The notes beneath the pieces were generated by a model. That model saw only the letters and a list, made by a program, of their open reading frames with translations, made no database searches and was not told the origin of the DNA. The translations under genes were made by a program, and so were the position numbers. DNA of 63,851 nucleotides, filler included, from Reclinomonas americana ATCC 50394 (taxonomy: Eukaryota), in assembly GCA_048213135.1 (NCBI GenBank). It is 8 parts of 3 records of this genome, joined end to end, with 100 filler letters (N's around TTAATTAATTAA, not from the genome) between each part and the next. Parts side by side here need not be neighbours in the genome. Positions count along the whole stretch, not along the records: positions 1 to 26,514 come from PS015495.1; positions 26,615 to 31,540 come from PS015495.1; 6 more parts are not named here. The stretch is one strand, 5' to 3'. This document shows, piece after piece, positions 12,493-26,765 of this stretch (positions are counted from its first letter, which is position 1; each line of letters begins with the position of its first letter).

Positions 12493-14752
12493 ATTGTGTG
12501 GAGAGAGAGACACACGCGCTCTCACGCCACTCTCACACTCACATGCGCACGCTCTCTCTCGTCTCTCACCCTCACATGCCTTCTGCAAGGTAAGTTGTTC
12601 TCTTTTCTCTCTCTTTTCCCCTCTCCCTTTGCCCTCCTTCTCCCTCACACACATGCACAGTCACTCGCCTGCACTTGCATCCCTCACTTCTGCCTGCATT
12701 CGCGCGTGTGTGTTGTGCGCTGAACATGTCCGTCTTTCCTCTTGTTTTTCCGCGCAGTTTGTGCACCACTTGAGCGACATGTTTGGTGTGCAAGCGGCGG
12801 GTCTGAAGGCGACTTGTGTGCTGCTTGATGGAGCTCGAGTGCAACCGGCGGAGCGCGTGCAAGTGTTTCGCGAGAATGATCGTATTTTGTGAGTGGTGAT
12901 GTTGGCTTATCTCCCCTGCTCCTCCTCCTCCTTGCTCTCTCATGTCATGTCGTCTCATGCCCCCTCCCCTCACTTCTCTTCATCGTGCCTCTCTTGTTTC
13001 CCATTTGTATCTCTCCTTCTCACTCTAATGCCCTCTTGTCTCTTGCCCTTCTTTTTTTCCCCTTCTCCTCCTGTTCTTCGCTTCACTGCTTTCTTGTGCC
13101 CTGTTGTCTCTTGCCCTCCCCTCTGCTGCTCATGGTACCTCCTTTATCCCTTTTATATCTCACCTCCTCCTCCTCCCTTCGCTGCTCTCGTGCCCTCTTG
13201 TCTCTTGCCCTCCTCCTCTCCCCCTTCTTCTCCTCTTTTGCTTCTTTGCTTTCTTGTGCCCTCTTGTCCTCCTCCTTTTCCCTTCACTGCCCTCTCGTCT
13301 CTTGCCCTTTTGCTTTCCTCCCCTCACTCTCCCTTCTTCTCTTCCTTCTCCCTCGCAGAGTCCTCGTCGCACCTCTCAAGTCCCTGCGCCCTCCCGCCCG
13401 GAAGAGAACACGAGCGCTGACTGCCGCTGGTGAGCTACTTCAAAACCCTCACTCCCCTCTCACCATCTCACCTCTTGCGCGTGTCTCAGTCGACGACGAC
13501 GATGATGATGACGAGGCGGTGCAACCCAAGGAGAAGCGAACCAAGAAGGGTGCGGAGAAGAAGAAACCCAAGAAGACGAAGAAGGACCTCAAGAAGAAGA
13601 AGAAGAAGAACGACAAGCGGAAAAAGGCGTCCTCCTCCTCCTCTTCGTCTTCTTCTTCATCGTCGTCGTCGTCTTCTTCATCATCATCATCGTCGGAGGA
13701 GGAGGACGAGGAGATGGAATCCGTGGACGACGATCGTGAAAAGGCTGTCCGCACACGCGCCCCTCTTTCACTGTCGCGCAAGGACGACGCGAAGGCGTCG
13801 AAGACGAGCAAGAAGGCAATCGCGAAAGAATCGGCGCCGCAGACAGCCGCTGCGGGCGCTGATGAGCAGTCTGCGTCAGCGAAGAAACGAAAGACGCACC
13901 GCGGTCGACGAGGATCTGGCAAGGGCGCCAAGGCTCAGTCGCAGGACGGCGATCAAGTGATGGCGTCTGCAGCAGCACCTCCTGCACGAGCACCGCAACA
14001 AAAAGTGGCGCCACCACCACCACCGCCACCACCACCACCGCCGCCGCCGGTGGAGCAACCCGCCAGCGGAAAGAAGGCCAAGCCGCCGTCAACTCCTCAG
14101 CAAGCCAGTGGACAAAAGGCCGCTGCTCCAGCGACGCCAGTGCCGGCGCCCGCGAAGCCCAGCATCAAACAGGCCACGCCCGTGCAGCCGCCACCAGCAC
14201 CAGCGTCACTGAACTCAGCCGGCAAGGCACCCCGTCCGTACGACTCGTATCCGCCTCTGCAGCGGCCTCTGATGGTTTGCGCATGTGCTGCACGCTTTGG
14301 ATGTTTACCAGCCCCTTGTCATCCTTTGTCACCTCGCAGAGTGGATATCGGATCGCGTATCGCGTCGTGGAACTCAGCAAATCAAGAATGCCCTCGGTGT
14401 CGGATCACTATGTTGCGTCTTTTCCCCTCCCTGTATGGTCCCTGACAACTGTGTCAATATTCATGCCGGCGTGCAGGAGGCTCTTGTGCTGTCAGTGAAC
14501 GACGAGGAGCAGACGGTGCGCTTGCGGCAAATCCATCCGCTGCGAGCGCCGACCTTTAGTCTGGCGTTGGAGATGGACGAGGACGGTAACCTGGTAGACG
14601 ACGAGGAAGTGGACGAGTACGGCGAGCCGGTGCGCCCGCCGTCCCCGGAGCCCACAGTGGCGCAAGAGTTTGAGTGCGAAATCTCAGTGATGATCGATAT
14701 TCGCATCATTGATCAGTCGGCGGGCTCAGTTCTATTACAATCGGCGCGATAA
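11876..14752 (+). CDS. COIL: Coilin (Cajal body scaffold); 6 exons
   Basis: Exon 1 (11876-12094) RVRVTFGW...ESWALVPESCTRVWQ joined to exon 2 (12758-12888) FVHHLSDMF...LLDGARVQPAERVQVFRENDRIL gives a coilin N-terminal domain. Lys/Ser/acidic linker follows. C-terminal PYDSYPPL...GYRIAYRVVELSKSRMPSVSDHYEALVLSVN matches the coilin Tudor-like domain. Confidence 0.82.
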
Positions 14753-14827
14753 TGGTTGTTATTTTTTCTCTCCATGAGAAGAAAAAGGAGAGAAAGAGGG
14801 TGAGAGGAGATTGGTGGTGGAGCGAGC

Positions 14828-16782
14828 TCACACAGCTTCGACCGTGGAGGGAGAGAAGAAATTGTCGGCTGCCAGTGGCGATGCCAAGTCAACCTGCACG
14901 GGGGTGCGTGGTGCGGCCGCCATCATGGCGATCTGTGCGTGAAGCGTGAGCGAATTGGGAGATGTAGACATGAGAGAGAAGAGAGAGACGCAACTGCAGC
15001 ACGGGTGGGACTCAGCAGCAGATCGCACGTGGCGCTCAGTCGTCGCCGTCCGGGAAGGAGCACGTCGCGCATCTCATTGACCTGCGAGCAATTGAGAAGT
15101 CTTCTTGCTGCGCGGCCTGCTTCAAGAGACGAACCTTGCTCATCATGCTCTTGAAGTTGTTCATCTTTTGCAAGATGCGTGCCTTACCGGCCTGGATCAT
15201 TTCGTGCTGCTGGTCGAGGTTGTCAAGCAGTGCCCGGCGATCGGCCTCCCGTGTGGCGCGGTCCGACTCGGCGTCGTCGAATGGGAGGAGCGACACTATT
15301 CGAAGACTTAGTGGGAGTGCATGAACAAGCGCAAGTCTCCGGCGTGCAAAGTCAAAAAAAAACCTGGATCGGTGCCGCACTTCTCCAGTGCATTTTCCAG
15401 CTCAGTGATGCGCGCGTCTGCCTTGATGAGAGCCGCTTGCAGTTCGTGAATCTCGTCGGCGTGCGCTACCCTCATATCCGACAATTGTTCCTCGCAGTGG
15501 CGTTGAGCACGCAGGCACTTGTCTGCGAGTACAATCTGTAAGGTATCGAGTCGAGCACACATCTGTGGTCGACGCACACACCTTGGGCCTCCTCGTGAGC
15601 CTTGCTGACAAACTCGGTGGCCTCTGCCAACTTGCGTTCGATTGCCGACCTGTTCTGTTGCTCCCTGTTCAACTCCGCCTGCGTTTACATGCAGGCGTCA
15701 GTACCTATGTGTGGAACAGACCTCTTGCAATACTATCCTCTCTCGTTACTGCCGTATCTCACAAATTTCTCACTCACTTCTTGCTTCTCTTTGAATGCTT
15801 CTCGATCCTCCACGTCAGTATCTACCTTACGCCACTCACTCTCCCTGCTGCCACGCATCTGTCTAGCTTGTGCCCCCAATCAGTCTCTTTCATCTGCTCC
15901 ACTCTGTCTTCTGCTCTCTCTTCCGGCATTCCTCTTCTCTTTGCTCGTCCGGTTGCTATCAATGCTACTACGTCCCCAATTCTTGATTCAACTTCGTAAC
16001 TCCACGTCTCTTGGCTTCTCACAGTTCTCTCGATTCCTCCCCACTTTCTCCCTGCAGGTCTACTTCGCTCTTTCATCTGCTCTTGCTTTTTTCTACCATG
16101 ATTGAGTCCCTTCTCCCTACAGCTGTCCTCTCTCTCCGTCTCTCTCTCCACTGATCGGTCCTTCAGTCCTTCTGTTCCTCCTTCTTTCTTATCCTCTCTC
16201 TTCACCTCCCTCCCCTCTTCCTCCTTCTCCCGCACCTCCAAATCGCAAACGCGCACGCGCATATCCTTGACCGCCAGCTCCTTCTCATGACCCAGCTGCT
16301 CCACGCGCTCCTTCAGCGTGTTGTTCTCCTCCACCACGCTCTCGTGCAATCGCTTCAGCTCCGAGATGCTGCAATCACACTTTAGCATCCGTGAACAGCG
16401 CACCGATACGGAGAGCAGACGCACGCACCCCATCATGTCAAACTTCTTCTTGGCCGCCACTGCAGCCGGTCCACTGGCCACGACGGGCTTGGATGATTGT
16501 GGGTGGCTGCGAAGAGCAGTCAGCGCCTGTCACGATGGGAGGAAAGGCCTTCACTGTGTCACTCTTCTCATTCTGTCAGTCTGTCATTGTGCATGCATCT
16601 CTCTTTGTCTCTCTGTGTGTCTATGTCCCTCTTCCTCTCTCCCTTTCTCACAGAGACACACTTTCCCCGAGTCTGCCTCTCCTTCTCTCTTACTCTCTCG
16701 CCTTCTCTCATCTCTCTCCCTCTCTCTCTCTCGGACGGAGTGAAGGTGGAGATAGAGAGGTAGAGTGCGAGATAGTAAGAAT

Positions 16783-16821
<39 letters not shown>

Positions 16822-17837
16822 GCCAGGTAGACGGGGCCGGAAGAAAGTGCATAGGACACTGTGGCAGCAGGGCAGACACCGAGATTGAATGGGGGAGCCA
16901 GAAGGAGGCAGAGGGAGAGAGAGAGACTTCCTCCTCAACTCTCAGTGTCCGCCTCCGTGTCACTGTGCCTCTCACTCTCTATCTTCCTGCCTATCTGTGT
17001 GCTTTAGTCTCTTTCTCTCTCTCTCTCGTACGGCCAAGGCGGATGTACGGTACAGCAGGATCACTATGTTGCGTTCCTTTTCCCCTCCTGTATCGGTCCC
17101 TGACAACTGTGTACAATATTCATGGCCNNNNNNNNNNNNNNNNNNNNNNNNNNNNNNNNNNNNNNNNNNNNNNNNNNNNNNNNNNNNNNNNNNNNNNNNN
17201 NNNNNNNNNNNNNNNNNNNNNNNNNNNNNNNNNNNNNNNNNNNNNNNNNNNNNNNNNNNNNNNNNNNNNNNNNNNNNNNNNNNNNNNNNNNNNNNNNNNN
17301 NNNNNNNNNNNNNNNNNNNNNNNNNNNNNNNNNNNNNNNNNNNNNNNNNNNNNNNNNNNNNNNNNNNNNNNNNNNNNNNNNNNNNNNNNNNNNNNNNNNN
17401 NNNNNNNNNNNNNNNNNNNNNNNNNNNNNNNNNNNNNNNNNNNNNNNNNNNNNNNNNNNNNNNNNNNNNNNNNNNNNNNNNNNNNNNNNNNNNNNNNNNN
17501 NNNNNNNNNNNNNNNNNNNNNNNNNNNNNNNNNNNNNNNNNNNNNNNNNNNNNNNNNNNNNNNNNNNNNNNNNNNNNNNNNNNNNNNNNNNNNNNNNNNN
17601 NNNNNNNNNNNNNNNNNNNNNNNNNNNNNNNNNNNNNNNNNNNNNNNNNNNNNNNNNNNNNNNNNNNNNNNNNNNNNNNNNNNNNNNNNNNNNNNNNNNN
17701 NNNNNNNNNNNNNNNNNNNNNNNNCTCTCCTCGTCGTGTGTGTCGTCTCTCTCTCTCTCCTTCCTTCCTTCTTCTCCTCCTCCTCCTCCTCTACTACTAC
17801 TACTCTACGTACGTACCTCCTACCTACTACTACTACG

Positions 17838-17893
<56 letters not shown>

Positions 17894-18331
17894 TCTATCT
17901 TCTCCTTCACCATCCCTTCCCCTCCCACACACACACCTCTCACTATGACTCGCACTACCCGTAGGCGTTGTAGACACCGGTGCCACCACCACAGCCGCCG
18001 CCGCCGCCGCCACCGTCACCGCAGCAGCAGCTGTCGCCGACGTTGGTGTCGATCCAGTCGGTGTCGTCGCCGTCATGTGCGTCTCCACCGCCGCAGGTGC
18101 CGCCTTTCCCTTCTTCGCCCCCTTCTTCCCCACAGCTGCTGCTGCTGTCTGAGGAGCCGACAAAGACGAAGGCGGCGGAGGCAGCATCGAGGCACCCTCC
18201 TCCACCACCGCATGCCTGGCCGCCGATGCCGCAGTCGGCGCCAGCAAGCGCGAAGGAGGCGCGATCTTGCCACCAACACGAGGCGCAGAGGCAGAGGTGC
18301 CAGTGGCCTTGGGCTGCGGAAGCTTGGACAT
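14828..18331 (-). CDS. Uncharacterised coiled-coil protein with Ala/Pro/Thr-rich N-terminus; partly in a gap
   Basis: ATG 18331 (MSKLPQPK...). Exons ISELKRLHESVVEENNTLKERVEQL, AELNREQQNRSAIERKL and EEQLSDMRVAHADEIHELQAAL splice in frame to a stop at 14828. Confidence 0.7.
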
Positions 18332-18424
18332 CTTTTCTCGTCGCTCAAATCGAAAACGTTGCAACGGACATCTTGTCCCGCGCAAATGTCCCACCATTGA
18401 AATCCTCTCTCATCTTGTTGCCAC

Positions 18425-21400
18425 ATGGCGACCTCGTCAGTGTCGACTGACGTGTTGTTACACGCCACTGGCATTGCGGCATCGTTTCAACCACGTTCTC
18501 CACGCGTTCACACACAGAGGTCGCCTTCATTGAGTGCGGCCTCTCCGCGTTATGTGTCACTGGAGGAGGAAGAGGAGCAACAAGAAGAGTTGCTGCTGAA
18601 TGGAGAAGGCGACGAGGAAGAGGCCGCTGTGACGCGATCCAAGTCGTCGACATCGGTCAGAACAGTTGAAAGCGATCACGAGGCGGATGATGATGTTTGC
18701 CACGAAGAGGATGATGATGATGATGATGACGAGCGTCTGTCCAACATGTCATCGCCGCTGTTGTCAGCGACCGACCGGAAAGAGCGCGCGAGTCGAGCTT
18801 CACGGGAGAAGCGACAGCAGTTGCTGATGCAGCGGCATCACCGACGGAGCAAGAGTCTCACTGGCATGGCGCCTCCGATGCCGGCCGTGTGTCGCGTGGA
18901 TGTGGAGGCGGCGCATGCGGGAATGATCATGTCTTCGTCGGCTTCGTCGGCTGCGGCGGCTGGTGGATTCACGTCGCCGTTGTCGATGGGGGAGAGCGGG
19001 GGAACGCCGAGTAGTAGTACGCCGGCGACGACGCCCACGGGACCCGGGTCGTGGGATGATCAGTTGTCGTTTTTGTTGCTGTGCTTTCTTTGTTGCGTTG
19101 GTGTGAGGGGGGAAATGAGGGAAAGGGAAAGAGGGAAAGGGAAAGGGAGAGGGAGAAGGGAGAGGGGGAGGGAGGGAGAGGGAAGGGAGAGGAGAGGGAG
19201 AGGGAAGGGAGAGGAGAGGGAGAGGAGAGAGAAGCGGGAATGGGAGAGGGAGACAGCAGATGGCAGTTAGAGACACGCTTGCAGCGTCAGTGTGAGAGAG
19301 AGAGAGTGAACGAGAGCGAAACAAACAGCAACTAGACACACTTGCATCGACAGTGAAAAGAAATTGACGAGAGTAGGGAGAGAGAGAGAGGAGAGAGAGA
19401 GAGCGAGAAACCAAACGGCAATTAGAGGCATTATTGCAGCGACAGTGGGAAAGAGAGTGAACGAAGTGATAACTGACGGTGATTAGAAGCTTTCCTGCAG
19501 CGAGAGTGTAAAGGGAATCTTCTTTTCTCACTCGTTCACTCTCCCACTCACGATGTCTCTCCCGCTCATTATTTCTCTCTCACTCTCTCTCCTTTTGTTA
19601 CACTCTCTCATTCTCTTCTTGCCTCACTCACTCACTCTCTCACTCACTCCTTCTTCTCTCTCTTACACTCACTCACACTTCTCTTTTCTCGCTCACTCTC
19701 ACTCTCATTCGCGCTCACTCTTTCGCTCCTTTTACCAACTCCTTGTCTTCTATCACACTCACTCCCTCTCTCACTATCTCTCTTACTCTCACTCGCGCTA
19801 ACACTTTCGCTCCTTTCACTCGCGCCTTCTTCTCCTCTCTCACACTCGCTCTCTCCCTCCCTCCCTCACTCTTTCCCAAGGGGTTGCAAGTGTTGATTGG
19901 TTGTGTCGCGCTGCAGATGCGGTGCAGGGAGTGCCGCTGGGTCTCGTGTTTGGATCGGTGCCATACCTGTTGCAGGCCAAGAGCTCGTACACGGACATTG
20001 GCATGTTTTCGTTTGCCACCTGGCCTTACGCGCTCAAACTGTTGTGGTCGCCGTTGGTGAGGATGCTTCCCGGGGCTAGTGATCTCTCTCACTCTCTCTC
20101 CCGTCCTTCTCCTTTCCCTCATTTTCCGCTTCAGCGTCATCAGTGTCTTCTTTTGTTGTTGTTCTCTTTTTCACCCTCCCTCTTTCCCCCTCCCCCTCTC
20201 ATCTCCACTCGTGTTAAACCTTGCTCTCTTGCGTCAACAGAGTCTTCTTGTTCGTGTACTTGTTACTCCCGCTCGTCTGCACCACTCTGTCTGTCTCCCC
20301 TCCCCCTCTCCTTCCCTCCTCCTCTCCTCCTCGCCGCCCCTCCTCCTCTTCCTCCATTTCCTCTTCCACCACATCCTCCTGCCCCAACTCCTCGTCTCCT
20401 CCATCCCATCTCCTCCTCTTCCACTCTCTCCCCTCTCCACCTTCTCCCCCTCTCCCTCCTCCTTCTCCCTCCCTCCTCCTTCTCCTTCCCTCCTCCTTCT
20501 CCCACCCTCCCCCTTTCCCTTTCTCTCACCCTTCCCCTCTTCCTCCATTTCCTCTTCCACCACATCCTCCTGCCCCATATCCTCGTCTCCTCCATCCCGT
20601 CTCCTCTTCCCTCACTCTCTCCCTCCTTTCCCTTCTCTAATCCCTCCTCCATTTCCCTCTCCTTTCCCTCCTCCCCCTTCTCCCTCCCTCCCCCTTCCCC
20701 TCCCCCCAGGTCGACCACTTCCACTGGCGCTCCGTGGGCCGCCGCCGCTCATGGATCATGCCCATCAACATGATCTCTGGCGCCCTCATGCTCTACGGCG
20801 GCGTTTATGCCGACGCGTTGCTGTCGCAGGAAACGCTGAACATCGCGCTCATCACGATGTATGCATTTGTGCTGGTCACGCTCATGGCCACACAAGACGT
20901 TGCGGTGGATGGATGGGCGCTGACGCTGCTGTCGCGGAGACACGTGGGGCTGCAAGTTTCGTGGCGGAGGGACAACGAAAAGGGGGAAAGAGTCGCCATA
21001 GTTACCCATTTTCGTTGCAGTCGACGGCGCAAACCCTCGGCATGTCGGTCGGCTTCTTCACCTCGTTCACCATCTTCTTGGCACTGAGTTCGGTCGAGTT
21101 CTGCAACTCGTTTTTGCGATCCACACCGTCCACGGAGCCGCTGGTGACGCTCGGAGGCTATCTCCAGTTCTGGGGGGTGATTTATGTTTGTTTCACCATC
21201 CTGCTGGTGTTTGTGCGCGAGGACGTCAACCGCCAGTCGGTGGCATCGCAACAGTCCAGTCTGCGCTACGTGTACACACAGCTGTGGTCCATTGTCAAGT
21301 CCAAGAGTTGCGCTGCTTGTTTATTCAACCAAGATGCTGTATTGGACTGAACTGTCGAGTGCAGACACGCGGCGTTTGTTGCTCTTGCTCACCATTTGCA

Positions 21401-24400
21401 AGTTTGGATTCACGGTCATTGATTCTGGTGAGTGCGGGTTGATGAGCGGCTTAGGAATTTCGACTCACAACTCCCCATCCCCCGTCAAAGTGACCGGGCT
21501 GAAACTGGTCGAGCTCGGATTCCGTCGAGATCACCTCGCATTGGTTTCGTTTATCATCACATGTGCTGTTATTCATGATGAGAGGACTCACAGCATCATG
21601 TGCGTGCAGATTGTCACCTTGTGTTTCCCCTTCGAGTTCATTTTTGCGATTATCGCTGGTCGCATGGTGACGGTTTCCAGCAGCCCACTCGAGCCGGTGT
21701 GTTCAAATGTGCCACGTGATCTCACTGCGTCACGGTTGTACTCACATCGTCTTTCGTGCACAGTGGCTGAAGACGTATCAGTTCCGTATCGGTGAGTTTC
21801 TCTGCTGCAAGCATGTGACTCGCGAGCAGAGTGTTCACTTGTGTTCGTGCTCCGCAGTGGTTGCCGGTCTCGGTTCGATGATGGTGGTATTCATTCAGCT
21901 GTCGGATGGCGAGGAAGTTGGTGCTGGATCGCTTCTGCTTGTGCTCACCATGGTGCGTCTGCATTCCTTGCATCGGTTCGAGTGGAGACGAACGCTGACA
22001 TGTCGTGCACGTGCAGTTTTTGTTGTACTCGGTCGCTCGCAACGTGCAAGCTGTATCTCTGGTAAGTAGGTGAAGGGGAGGGAGAGTCGCAACAAGAGAG
22101 AAGGAGAGAATGAGAAGTCTTGAGGACGCTTTCTTCTTGGGTGAGGACGCGGAGGAGTTGGTAGGAGAAGGGAAAGGAGAGTCTCAGCAAGAGAGAAGGA
22201 GGGGATGAGAAGTCTTGAGGACACTTTCTTCTTGGGTGAGGACGCGGAGGAGTTGGTAGGAGAAGGGAAAGGAGAGTCTCAGCAAGAGAGAAGGAGGGGA
22301 TGAGAAGTCTTGATGACACTTTCCTCTTGCGTGAGGACGCGGAGGAGTTGGTAGGAGAAGGGAAAGGAGGGTCTCAGCAAGAGAGAAGGAGGGGATGAGA
22401 AGTCTTGAGGACACTTTCTTCTTGGGTGAGGACGCAGAGGAGTTGGTAGGAGAAGGGAAAGGAGAGTCTCAGCAAGAGCAAAGGAGAGAGTGAGGAGTCT
22501 TGAGGACACTTTCTTCTTGGGTGAGGAAGCAGAGGAGCTGTGTCGCTGGTTGGTAAGGGATGGGAAAAGTGAGTCTCCGAAGAGAGAAGGAGAGAATGAG
22601 AAATCTTTTCGATCGCAGAGGAGCAATCTGGCTATTGTCAACGAGAGAATGCGTCTTCAGAAGCGCTCTGACACTTCCCTCTCTCTCCCGCACACACAGA
22701 GTGCATACTTTTCTCGGGTCTCCGACATGGACATTGCCGGAACCCACATGACGCTGTTGAACACGGTCATCAACTTTGGTGGCATGTGGCCCTCGATGGT
22801 TGGTGCTGCCGGCTGTCGATTGGACTCAGTGTGCGCCGGTGCTCCCTGTCAGGTGACCACGTCCGTCTACTACCCCGTGTCCCTCCCCCCCCCNNNNNNN
22901 NNNNNNNNNNNNNNNNNNNNNNNNNNNNNNNNNNNNNNNNNNNNNNNNNNNNNNNNNNNNNNNNNNNNNNNNNNNNNNNNNNNNNNNNNNNNNNNNNNNN
23001 NNNNNNNNNNNNNNNNNNNNNNNNNNNNNNNNNNNNNNNNNNNNNNNNNNNNNNNNNNNNNNNNNNNNNNNNNNNNNNNNNNNNNNNNNNNNNNNNNNNN
23101 NNNNNNNNNNNNNNNNNNNNNNNNNNNNNNNNNNNNNNNNNNNNNNNNNNNNNNNNNNNNNNNNNNNNNNNNNNNNNNNNNNNNNNNNNNNNNNNNNNNN
23201 NNNNNNNNNNNNNNNNNNNNNNNNNNNNNNNNNNNNNNNNNNNNNNNNNNNNNNNNNNNNNNNNNNNNNNNNNNNNNNNNNNNNNNNNNNNNNNNNNNNN
23301 NNNNNNNNNNNNNNNNNNNNNNNNNNNNNNNNNNNNNNNNNNNNNNNNNNNNNNNNNNNNNNNNNNNNNNNNNNNNNNNNNNNNNNNNNNNNNNNNNNNN
23401 NNNNNNNNNNNNNNNNNNNNNNNNNNNNNNNNNNNNNNNNNNNNNNNNNNNNNNNNNNNNNNNNNNNNNNNNNNNNNNNNNNNNNNNNNNNNNNNNNNNN
23501 NNNNNNNNNNNNNNNNNNNNNNNNNNNNNNNNNNNNNNNNNNNNNNNNNNNNNNNNNNNNNNNNNNNNNNNNNNNNNNNNNNNNNNNNNNNNNNNNNNNN
23601 NNNNNNNNNNNNNNNNNNNNNNNNNNNNNNNNNNNNNNNNNNNNNNNNNNNNNNNNNNNNNNNNCCCCCCACCACTGTACTCACCATGATGTTGTGTGCG
23701 CGGCAGGTGAATCGTGCAATGTGGAGCTGTCGGCGTCCGAATCGTGTGGTCGATGCAATGTGCGATTCGACGGCTACTACGGTAAGAATTGTTCATTCAC
23801 GTTACCATCCACTCTCTATCTCTGAATCTCGTCACCATCGCGCAGTTGTGGCCTTTCTGTGTTTTGCTGCGGGTATCGCGCTCTACTGGCCGATTGCTCG
23901 ACTGTGCCGCATGCTGGGTCCACTCGGACCAGACGACTTCAAGAAGCCCGAGGTGGACATTGATGACTTGCTGTCGTCTACGGCACGGCCTCTCCCACTC
24001 GCAACATCCTCCTCCACCGCTTGTGCCGGCAGCGTGCAAATGGATCCGTCACCACTGACATTGGCGCGCACCATGCACGTCAGCGAGGCTGGTGTTTTTG
24101 TGGAAATACTCGAAGGTGGCGACATCGGCGACGACGACCATGTCCATCCGCCGCCGCCGCCATTGGAGAATGCGCGCACGAATGGCAGTGCGCATGCGCA
24201 TGCAGACGACGATATCGAGGAGGAAGAGGATGGCGACGACACTACGGCACTCCTCCCCGTCCGCACTCCGTCGGCGGCCTCGGCATCGCTCCTGCGACGA
24301 TCGTCATCGCTGGTTGTGTCTGCGAGTGCTGTGCCGACAACCGCCGCTGCGACGGCAGTTGCGCACTCGGCCGGCTCGCCCCGCCGTGCTGATGCCGTCA

Positions 24401-24415
24401 GTCCGCCAACGGCGC

Positions 24416-24423
<8 letters not shown>
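18425..24423 (+). CDS. SLC33A1: Acetyl-CoA transporter 1 (AT-1, MFS AmpG/Acatn family) with long disordered N- and C-terminal extensions
   Basis: LLLCFLYAVQGVPLGL, FSFATWPYALKLLWSPLVD, GRRRSWIMP, ATQDVAVDGWALTLLS and DIAGTHMTLLNTVINFGGMWP are all Acatn hallmark motifs. Confidence 0.93.
20330..20700. repeat. Intronic polypyrimidine tract with ~190-bp direct duplication
   Basis: cctcttcctccatttcctcttccaccacatcctcctgcccc...ctcgtctcctccatccc present at ~20343 and ~20536. Confidence 0.75.
22080..22605. repeat. 95-bp minisatellite, ~5 copies, in an SLC33A1 intron
   Basis: Unit gagtctcagcaagagagaaggaggggatgagaagtcttgaggacactttcttcttgggtgaggacgcggaggagttggtaggagaagggaaagga; identical ORF starts at 22224, 22319 and 22414 show the 95-bp period. 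Confidence 0.92.
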
Positions 24424-26341
<1,918 letters not shown>

Positions 26342-26722
26342 ATGATGCGGTCTGTGGGAAGGAAAAGGGAGAATGGGCGAAGGGGAAGGGGAACGGGAAG
26401 GGAATGGGGGAAGGGAATGGGGGAAGGAACGGGGGGAAGGAACGAGGGGAAAGGAACAGGGGGAAGGAACGAGGGGGAAGGAAAAAGTGGGAAGGAGAAG
26501 GGGGAAGGAGAAGGNNNNNNNNNNNNNNNNNNNNNNNNNNNNNNNNNNNNNNNNNNNNTTAATTAATTAANNNNNNNNNNNNNNNNNNNNNNNNNNNNNN
26601 NNNNNNNNNNNNNNACCCTACCGTACCCCGTCCCCGGTACCGTAACTACGTACCGTACCGCCGACCAACGAAGGAAAGGAAGGACGGCGACCTACACCTT
26701 CCTTCCTCCTCCTCTCTCCTCC

Positions 26723-26759
<37 letters not shown>

Positions 26760-26765
26760 ACACAC

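Noticed and set aside
17058..17127. Apparent duplication of coilin exon/intron sequence from 14401-14468
   Set aside because: Indel-riddled copy right at a gap edge; most likely a low-quality chimeric or mate-pair read end
26559..26570. TTAATTAATTAA as a piggyBac TTAA target or regulatory element
   Set aside because: Identical, always flanked by Ns; artificial spacer
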